Position numbers and translations under genes: made by a program. A stretch of 64,000 nucleotides of DNA from an uncultured Acidobacteriota bacterium (GTDB lineage Bacteria > Acidobacteriota > Blastocatellia > Pyrinomonadales > Pyrinomonadaceae): positions 79,904 to 143,903 of the forward strand of contig CALMYB010000001.1 in assembly GCA_937873515.1 (NCBI GenBank), given 5' to 3'. Shown here piece by piece: positions 57,372 through 64,000 of this stretch. Numbering within the stretch: position 1 is the first letter of the stretch; each line of letters opens with the position of its first letter. The notes beneath the pieces were generated by a model that saw only the letters and a list, made by a program, of their open reading frames with translations, had not been told where the DNA came from and made no database searches.

Positions 57372-58240
57372 GGGGATCTAATTGCAATCTTCTATTTTAA
57401 AGCTGAATAGTATCTGCAAGGAAAACGCTGGGAACCGGCTGAGTCCAGTTTCCCACATCGAATCCTACATCATTTGTCCAATCTTGCATAGCGCAAATAT
57501 ACAGCACCCTCTTAACACAAACGCCCATCGTTCCGACACGTTAGCTTCGACGAAGGACAATTCCGCTTATTTGTGATCTATGAAATGTCGCCATACCTAA
57601 GACGGATTCCACCTAAAGAAAGTAGAAAAACTTGCGTATTTTCAACTTTTCTCAGCATTCGTGCTCCTTCACACATCTATTAGACGCACCCTAGTTATCG
57701 CTTTTGCCTTGACGCACACCTTCCAACAGCCCAAGAAGTGCAGTGGTTTTGGCTGCTTAGCATAGTAATCGGAGGATTGGCCTACGTATATTGACCGAAA
57801 ATATCGAAATGCGCTATCTGCCTATTGGTCAGATGTCCAATGGCCCTATATCAGGCCAGAGGGACATATGTATCACGAAATATATCGAATTAGCCGATGA
57901 TGTGTGTGCCTGTGCGGCCTTAACATTAATCCCATATTCAATCCAGAACGAGGAACGAGTGATCGCTGCCAGTTCCTCTTGTTGGGATTCAAACTGAAAG
58001 CTGGTCTGAGTCTCGAATGAATATGTGTCTATAGAATGCTGTATGGGTAGGCCATGTGGAAATACGTATCAGCGGCTCAGAAAATCCGGATAAGTTGATC
58101 CGGTTGAGAGACGGCCGCGTGTTCGACCCGAAACGTAACAATCTGATCGTTGGTTTGAGTTTAATATTTTTCCCACCTGTTACTCCGAATCAATGCGGAA
58201 GGAGCGACGAGTTGAAGTAATAAATTAAGGTAGGAAATCT

Positions 58241-58963
58241 ATGACATCCCCAATCATCAAGCTGGTCATGATCGGAGAATATTCGATCTTTAGGGGAGCA
58301 TTGCGAATGCTCCTCGAAACTGACCCCAAGTTTCGCGTTATAGGCGAAGCTAAGAATCCTGAATCTGCACTGCAAATTATCGATGACGAGAGGCCGGACC
58401 TTATCTTGGTTGACCTTCCCGACAACGATGTTGCCAAACTGCTTCCTCTTCTCAAAGACGCGGAACTGCCCGTCTTGCTGCTCATCGATGAACTTGACGT
58501 TGAGATCTATAAGCAATGCCTGAGAATCGGCATCCGCGGACTCGTCCTAAAGCAGGAGCGCGCGGACACTCTGTTCAAGGCAATTGAAAAGATCCATGCA
58601 GGTGAGATCTGGTTCGATCGGATCGTAATGGGTGACACCATTCGTCATTTGATCGGAGAAATGCAAATGCTTCACTCCCTTCCCCTCAGTCCGGTCGCGT
58701 CCGCGCTGACCGATCGGGAACGCGAAGTGATAGGTCTGATCTGCAAAGGAATGAAGAATAAGGAGATCGCAGAATCTCTCTTCATTTCTGAAACAACGGT
58801 CCGGCATCACCTGACCTCGATCTTCAACAAACTGGATATAACCAGCCGTCTCGAACTCGTTGTTTATGCGTTCGAGAACAACCTGGTAAAGAAACTGAAC
58901 GAAAGCAGCTTCTATCCAATGAACGGCTACGCCAGGAACACGACGGATTCGTTGGGAGCCTGA
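58241..58963 (+). CDS. LuxR/NarL-family response regulator with atypical receiver
   Basis: HTH LTDREREVIGLICKGMKNKEIAESLFISETTVRHHLTSIFNKL. The receiver keeps the Asp (LILVDLP) and Lys (LVLKQ), but the acidic pair is GE and the Thr/Ser position is Ile. Paralogue of 56640..57371. Confidence 0.75.
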   Translation: MTSPIIKLVMIGEYSIFRGALRMLLETDPKFRVIGEAKNPESALQIIDDERPDLILVDLPDNDVAKLLPLLKDAELPVLLLIDELDVEIYKQCLRIGIRGLVLKQERADTLFKAIEKIHAGEIWFDRIVMGDTIRHLIGEMQMLHSLPLSPVASALTDREREVIGLICKGMKNKEIAESLFISETTVRHHLTSIFNKLDITSRLELVVYAFENNLVKKLNESSFYPMNGYARNTTDSLGA

Positions 58964-59132
58964 CGGTCTCTTAACTTAGGTCGTAAGTCTGCCGGCCTAG
59001 GAACAAGGATCGCACGTATGTGGCCATGGGCTACCTGCAGATTTTCTAAATTTTCAACTGCCTGGATTCAGGCTTCCCTTCTGGGTTTATGCGTCTGATT
59101 CGGACAGGTCGTAAGGATATAGGTGTAAGGAA

Positions 59133-59420
59133 ATGCCGACTGATAAGAATGATAAGAAGCTGAAAAAGCTTCAACGCAGGAAGAAGAAAAAAAATGCCTT
59201 GATCATGTGCCATGACGGAAAGGAGTACTGGACGACCCAGACCGAATTTTGGCAATGGGTGCGCAGCTGTGTAGTACGAAAGGTGAGCGATGCTCCCCTT
59301 AGAGGCCAGTTCATCCGTCAGAACGAAGAGTACAACGTTGTTATCGGCAATACGGTTCTAAACCTAAAGTGCCCGAACCATCTAAGCGAGGCACTGTATG
59401 CCCGTAGAAAAGCATATTGA
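59133..59420 (+). CDS. hypothetical small basic protein
   Basis: 95-aa ORF with a Lys/Arg-rich N-terminus (KKLKKLQRRKKKKN) and Trp/Cys-containing core. No family recognised. Confidence 0.3.
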   Translation: MPTDKNDKKLKKLQRRKKKKNALIMCHDGKEYWTTQTEFWQWVRSCVVRKVSDAPLRGQFIRQNEEYNVVIGNTVLNLKCPNHLSEALYARRKAY

Positions 59421-59442
59421 CCAGAAAACCTGCTGGACTTCG

Positions 59443-60441
59443 ATGAGGGGAATCATTTCGAATGAGTTGAGCTTTGCGTTATCGATCCTCTTCTGCGTGT
59501 GTGTACCGCAAATGACGTTGGGCCAGTCGCCGAATGCCACCCCACAACCTAATGGTCCTGTTGCGGCGATGAACTATAGGATCGGGCCGGGCGACGTGAT
59601 CGACGTACTCGTAACAAAGAACGAGGCGTTGTCTCGTACCGGTGTTCGCGTAAATAGCCAAGGCACAATCCAGTTGCCGATGCTCGATAACGATATTTCG
59701 GCAGCCTGTCTCACTGAAGGGCAATTAGCAGAACGGGTTGAGGAAGCTTACAGGAAATATCTTGTTTCGCCATCGGTAAATGTTTCTGTTCGTGAATTCA
59801 ATTCAAACCCGGTCGCCGTCATTGGGGCGGTAAACTCACCCGGACGATTCCAAATGCAGCGTCCGATCCGACTTGCCGAACTCCTCACGTTCGTCAACGG
59901 GCCGAGCACAAGCGCCGGCAGAACGGTCGAGATAATTCGCGACCCATCACATCCGTTCTGCGATGGACCTAAACTTGAAAGGCCGATCGCCACTGGAGAG
60001 GAACTCTTGTCGTTTCGGCTGGATGATGTGTTCCGCGGCGGGGAACAAACCAACCCGCTCATAAAAGCAGGCGATGTCGTTCGGATTGCTGAGGCCGATA
60101 AGGTTAATGCCTATATTCAAGGAAACATTCGTAGCGCACTCGCGATAAATCTTGCGGATCCGGTTACCCTCACGCAGGCAATCGCAATGGCCGGAGGGAC
60201 AACCTCCGGGGCACAACTCGACAAAGTTTCCATCAGGCGACAGATAGCCGGGTCGATAAACCGCAATGAAATGGTCGTTAACGTCAAAGAGATCAATCAA
60301 GGCAAGCGCGACGACGTGCTATTAGAACCGAACGACATTATCAACGTACCCGGTCCAACTGGAAGCAAAAAGATCCTTGGTGATATTTTCCGTTCGATCA
60401 TTCCGACGATAACCCGGTTTCCGGTGTCAGTTATCCCATAG
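59443..60441 (+). CDS. polysaccharide export protein (Wza family; Poly_export + SLBB)
   Basis: Signal-like LSFALSILFCVCVPQMTLGQ, YRIGPGDVIDV, RPIRLAELLTFVNG, KAGDVVRI, NDIINV. Alternative start at 59398. Confidence 0.85.
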   Translation: MRGIISNELSFALSILFCVCVPQMTLGQSPNATPQPNGPVAAMNYRIGPGDVIDVLVTKNEALSRTGVRVNSQGTIQLPMLDNDISAACLTEGQLAERVEEAYRKYLVSPSVNVSVREFNSNPVAVIGAVNSPGRFQMQRPIRLAELLTFVNGPSTSAGRTVEIIRDPSHPFCDGPKLERPIATGEELLSFRLDDVFRGGEQTNPLIKAGDVVRIAEADKVNAYIQGNIRSALAINLADPVTLTQAIAMAGGTTSGAQLDKVSIRRQIAGSINRNEMVVNVKEINQGKRDDVLLEPNDIINVPGPTGSKKILGDIFRSIIPTITRFPVSVIP

Positions 60442-60452
60442 GCCGATACGGG

Positions 60453-62924
60453 ATGGTAGATCTAAAGATGCAAAACAACCAGCAGGTCGTAAAAAGAGGT
60501 TTGCGGAACGATCCCGAGTCGATCGAGTACTGCGACCAAGCTTATCCGTATGCAGATAGCTATTATGGCGATTCGGTAAATGACTCGACCGAAAAGCAGC
60601 AGATCTTCAGCATCCTCTCGATACTTAAAAAACACTGGCTCTTGATCGCTTTGATCACGATCCTTGGCACGTCGCTGGTAATCGTTTATGAAGCGCAGAA
60701 GCCGGATATCTATCAGGCCTCGGTCCGGGTTCAGGTGAACAATGAATCGAACCCGGCGGCGAGCGAGGGCGGAGCAAGTTCGATCATTCTAAATCAGGGG
60801 AGCGATCCGACATACTTCGCAACGCAGCTACAGATTCTGGAAGGCCCGGGGCTTTTGAGGCGAGTAGTAAAGAACTTGGACCTCGAGCACAACCCAACGT
60901 TCTTCCGACCTGGCAAGGATCAGGAGACGACGGTTTGGCAAAACGTGCTACGCATGTTCGGACTATATAAACAACCTGTAAGGTCTCAATCTGCTGGCCT
61001 ATCCTCGACTGACGATAAACTCGAACTGAAGACCGATCCGACGGTCGATCTTGACAGCCAAGCCGAGGCCTTGGCTCCGTACGTTGGATATATCAAACGA
61101 AACCTAGAGGTCGCACCGGTGAAAGACTCAAGGACGGCCACAAAAGAGACGAGGTTGATACAGATAGGATATCAACACTACGACCCTATAGTCGCGACAA
61201 AGGTAGTAAACTCCATTGCTGATACATACGTCCTCCAAAATCTTGAGCAAAAGGTACAAACGAATGCTTCGGCAAGCGACTTCCTACAGAAGCGCGTCGC
61301 TGAACTCCAGTCGCAGATCCGATCCGGGGAGGAAAGTCTGATCAACTATGCAAAAAACAACCAGATCCTGTCGTTAGATGCTAATCAGAACACTGTCGTG
61401 CAAAGGCTGTCGGACCTTAATACGAAGCTCAGCCAAGCCGAAAGCGATAGAATAACTGCCGAAGCTGCTTACAAAGCGGCTCTCCAGAACCCATTGGCGA
61501 GCACATCTGCCGAAACGAAGGATGCGAGGACGACCGGGCTCGAATCCCAATTGACAACCCTTAAGCAACAATTAGCCCAACTGAAAGTTGATTATACCGA
61601 TGCTTGGCCAGAGGTGAAAAAGGTCGAGAAGCAGATCGCAGCGATCGAGAAGGAACTTCAGTCGAACCGAAAACGCTCCGCCGATACGCAGATGTCAACG
61701 CTTTTGCAGACATACCGTGAGTCCGCGTCGCGTGAAAGTGAGCTGCGAAAGAACTTCGACACGCAAAGAAGCGCTGTACTAAGCCAAAATGAAGCGGCCA
61801 TCAACTATCGGATCATCCAACAGGAGATCGATACCAACAAGAGCCTGCTAAACAACCTTCTTCAGAGATCGCGCGAGACGGAGGTCGTCCTGAACGGTAC
61901 ACCGAACAACGTACATGTTGTTGATCGAGCTCTTGTTCCCGGTTCGCCAAGCAGTCCACAACGAACAAAGAACGTCGTCCTGGCCTTCTTTGTGTCCCTT
62001 CTTGGCGGAATGGCAATAGCCTTTGGACTCAACTGGCTCGATGATACGATCCGCATTCCTATTACCTTTCAGGCTCAGCTTGGAGTGCCAATCATCGGGA
62101 TGATCCCGCAAGTCGGGCACAACGGCGGCCGAAAGCGATTCCCTGCAAGATTTTCAGCATTTAAAAATGGCAATGGGAACGGGAGTACTGACGACATCGC
62201 AGACTCGACCTACAGCGAGAGCTTTGATCATCCGCTGATAACCGAAGCCTTCTATCAGCTTCGAACTTCCCTGCTTCTGTCGACGGCTGGCGGGTCGCCC
62301 AAAACGGTACTGGTCACATCCGGTGAACCGTCCGAAGGAAAGACAATAACTTCATTGAATCTCGCAAAAAGCCTTGCTCAACTTGGAGAGAAAGTCCTCC
62401 TTGTGGATGCCGACCTCAGGTGCCCCAAGATGCATTTGATCAATAGCCTTAGCAACTCATCCGGCTTAAGTACTGCGTTGACCGCTAAAGTATTGGATCA
62501 GCTTCAGCTCGACGAGGCGATCAAGAAAGGTGTCGAATCGAACCTGGACATCATGACGTCCGGACCGCGTGTTCCCGACCCGGCAAATCTGTTTTCGTCC
62601 GTCCAAATGAGGTCCCTCATTGAGCGGCTCGGAGCGAGCTATAGCTACATTGTGATCGATTCTCCGCCTCTTCTTTATTTCGCTGATAGCGTGATCATTT
62701 CTACCGAGGTAGACGCCGTTGTTCTTGTAGCACGATCGGACTTTAGTTCACGCGATGTCCTGCTCCGCGCCCGCCAAAAAATGCAGGATGTTCGGGGAAA
62801 TGTCGTAGGGGTGGTCCTGAACGATATACAACTAAGCAGCTTTAAGTACTACAACCATACGTACTACAAACAGCTGATCGCGCAGGAGGCCGAGCCCGAA
62901 GACGGGAACGTCCTTCATATTTAG
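60453..62924 (+). CDS. polysaccharide co-polymerase / tyrosine autokinase (Wzc/GumC/EpsG-like)
   Basis: Wzz-type N-terminal TM plus a long coiled-coil periplasmic region and a second TM. Walker A GEPSEGKT, A' LLVDADLR, B VIDSPP, C-terminal Tyr cluster FKYYNHTYYKQ. Confidence 0.9.
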   Translation: MVDLKMQNNQQVVKRGLRNDPESIEYCDQAYPYADSYYGDSVNDSTEKQQIFSILSILKKHWLLIALITILGTSLVIVYEAQKPDIYQASVRVQVNNESNPAASEGGASSIILNQGSDPTYFATQLQILEGPGLLRRVVKNLDLEHNPTFFRPGKDQETTVWQNVLRMFGLYKQPVRSQSAGLSSTDDKLELKTDPTVDLDSQAEALAPYVGYIKRNLEVAPVKDSRTATKETRLIQIGYQHYDPIVATKVVNSIADTYVLQNLEQKVQTNASASDFLQKRVAELQSQIRSGEESLINYAKNNQILSLDANQNTVVQRLSDLNTKLSQAESDRITAEAAYKAALQNPLASTSAETKDARTTGLESQLTTLKQQLAQLKVDYTDAWPEVKKVEKQIAAIEKELQSNRKRSADTQMSTLLQTYRESASRESELRKNFDTQRSAVLSQNEAAINYRIIQQEIDTNKSLLNNLLQRSRETEVVLNGTPNNVHVVDRALVPGSPSSPQRTKNVVLAFFVSLLGGMAIAFGLNWLDDTIRIPITFQAQLGVPIIGMIPQVGHNGGRKRFPARFSAFKNGNGNGSTDDIADSTYSESFDHPLITEAFYQLRTSLLLSTAGGSPKTVLVTSGEPSEGKTITSLNLAKSLAQLGEKVLLVDADLRCPKMHLINSLSNSSGLSTALTAKVLDQLQLDEAIKKGVESNLDIMTSGPRVPDPANLFSSVQMRSLIERLGASYSYIVIDSPPLLYFADSVIISTEVDAVVLVARSDFSSRDVLLRARQKMQDVRGNVVGVVLNDIQLSSFKYYNHTYYKQLIAQEAEPEDGNVLHI

Positions 62925-63016
62925 TCAAGCGGATCGCTCTTTTTCTACCGTATTCGATCTCTGCTATCGACGGCCGCTTAATGACCGAAAGTTTCCGACA
63001 CGAATGCCTTCGGAGC

Positions 63017-64000
63017 ATGCCAGGAAGATCAGAACCTGGAAAATGCCTTCTCATCGGTGAGGTAGCTCAAACCCATGACGGAAGTCTGGGAATCGCCCAT
63101 GCGTTCATTGATGCAATCGCGGACGCCGGAGCTGACGGCGTCAAGTTTCAGACTCACATTGCCGAAGAAGAGAGTACGCCCGAAGAACCTTGGCGGGTGA
63201 AGTTCAGCCCTAAAGATGAAACACGTTTCGAATACTGGAAGCGAATGGAGTTTACAAGGGACGAATGGTGTGGACTAAAAGCACATGCCGACGAACGGAA
63301 TCTCCTATTTATGAGCACGCCGTTTTCAGAGAGAGCGGCGGAAATGCTCGCGGAGATCGGTATGCGCGTTTGGAAGGTCGCATCCGGCGAAGTCGGAAAC
63401 GTCCCCTTGTTAAAGCGGATAATTGCTTCGCAGGATCCCGTTATTCTCTCGTCAGGGATGAGCGACTGGAGCGAGCTGGACATGGCCGTTTCGGCGATCC
63501 GAGACGCCGGAAACCCATTAGCCGTGCTTCAATGCACATCAGCCTACCCGTGTCCGCCGGAACAAGTGGGATTGAATGTGCTAGCTGCCCTGAGAGACCG
63601 ATATGGTGTCGCAGCGGGACTTTCGGATCATACGGGAAATATCTTCGCATCACTTGCAGCAGTAACACTCGGTGCGGAGGTCGTCGAGGTTCATGTAGCT
63701 TTAAGCCGTGAAATGTATGGCCCTGACGTGCCGGCATCGTTGACAACAGCGGAACTCCGTCAACTGGTGGACGGCACCCGCCAAATAGAGCGAATGCAAG
63801 CAGCACCTGTCGATAAGGATCTGGCCGCCAGAGATATGTCTGAGCTTCGTTTGATATTTACGAAGAGTGTTGTGGCTAGCCGAGCCTTGCCGGCCGGGAC
63901 CACGATCGTCGCCGAGGATCTTAAGTTAAAGAAACCCGGAACTGGGATTCCTGCGAGCGAACTTCATAAATTGATCGGACGAAAAATCAAGCACGCTGTT
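63017..64000 (+). CDS. NeuB-family sialic/nonulosonic acid synthase (SpsE-like), 3' end outside the window
   Basis: Not in the ORF track because no stop falls within the window. My translation reads MPGRSEPGKCLLIGEVAQTHDGSLGIAHAFIDAIADAGADGVKFQTH...STPFSERAAEML...WKVASGEV...PVILSSGMS...LQCTSAYPCPPE...GLSDHTG, then a C-terminal SAF-like part. An alternative in-frame ATG lies at 62981. Confidence 0.8.
   Translation, partial: MPGRSEPGKCLLIGEVAQTHDGSLGIAHAFIDAIADAGADGVKFQTHIAEEESTPEEPWRVKFSPKDETRFEYWKRMEFTRDEWCGLKAHADERNLLFMSTPFSERAAEMLAEIGMRVWKVASGEVGNVPLLKRIIASQDPVILSSGMSDWSELDMAVSAIRDAGNPLAVLQCTSAYPCPPEQVGLNVLAALRDRYGVAAGLSDHTGNIFASLAAVTLGAEVVEVHVALSREMYGPDVPASLTTAELRQLVDGTRQIERMQAAPVDKDLAARDMSELRLIFTKSVVASRALPAGTTIVAEDLKLKKPGTGIPASELHKLIGRKIKHAV

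Noticed and set aside
57791-57997. 68-aa ORF in the long regulator intergenic region
   Set aside because: It has a TTG start, no RBS, an odd composition, and an imperfect hairpin within its 3' end. The region is more likely non-coding.
1-64000. Mobile elements, prophage, integrative island or defence systems
   Set aside because: I found no transposase, integrase, recombinase, phage structural, restriction-modification, toxin-antitoxin or nuclease/helicase defence-like genes in any frame. The tRNA at the left edge has no adjacent integrase.

Overview
This is a 64-kb chromosomal window from a moderately GC-rich bacterium. The protein styles suggest an Acidobacteriota-like soil organism, but that is inference only. 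Roughly 1-42 kb holds housekeeping genes: a partial tRNA-Leu, murE, rpsT, recG, rsmD, aroC, purD, a feoAB operon, pyrF, glnA and rimO. These are interspersed with secreted hydrolases (matrixin-like protease, lipase-like protein, S10 carboxypeptidase, two amidohydrolases), an orphan Wza-like exporter, a catalytically degenerate sensor kinase, and a 1.1-kb non-coding island packed with short tandem repeats and REP-like hairpins. The stand-out region is about 41.6-59 kb. It contains two paralogous giant secreted proteins of 2953 and 1227 codons. Each has an N-terminal beta-helix and a cohesin / dockerin-like / cohesin cassette, and each ends in the same ~85-aa CarboxypepD_reg-like domain. The larger one also carries four tandem ~200-aa modules I cannot assign to a known family, and its signal peptide is cut off by a single in-frame TAA. 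The pair is bracketed by three LuxR/NarL-type HTH regulators, none with a fully canonical phospho-input domain. A shared 23-nt 7-2-7-like motif lies upstream of one regulator gene and of both giant genes. From about 59 kb a visibly more AT-rich exopolysaccharide locus begins (Wza, Wzc tyrosine autokinase, partial NeuB-like synthase). I saw no transposase, integrase, CRISPR array or rRNA. All calls come from reading the sequence and ORF translations; no database searches were run.
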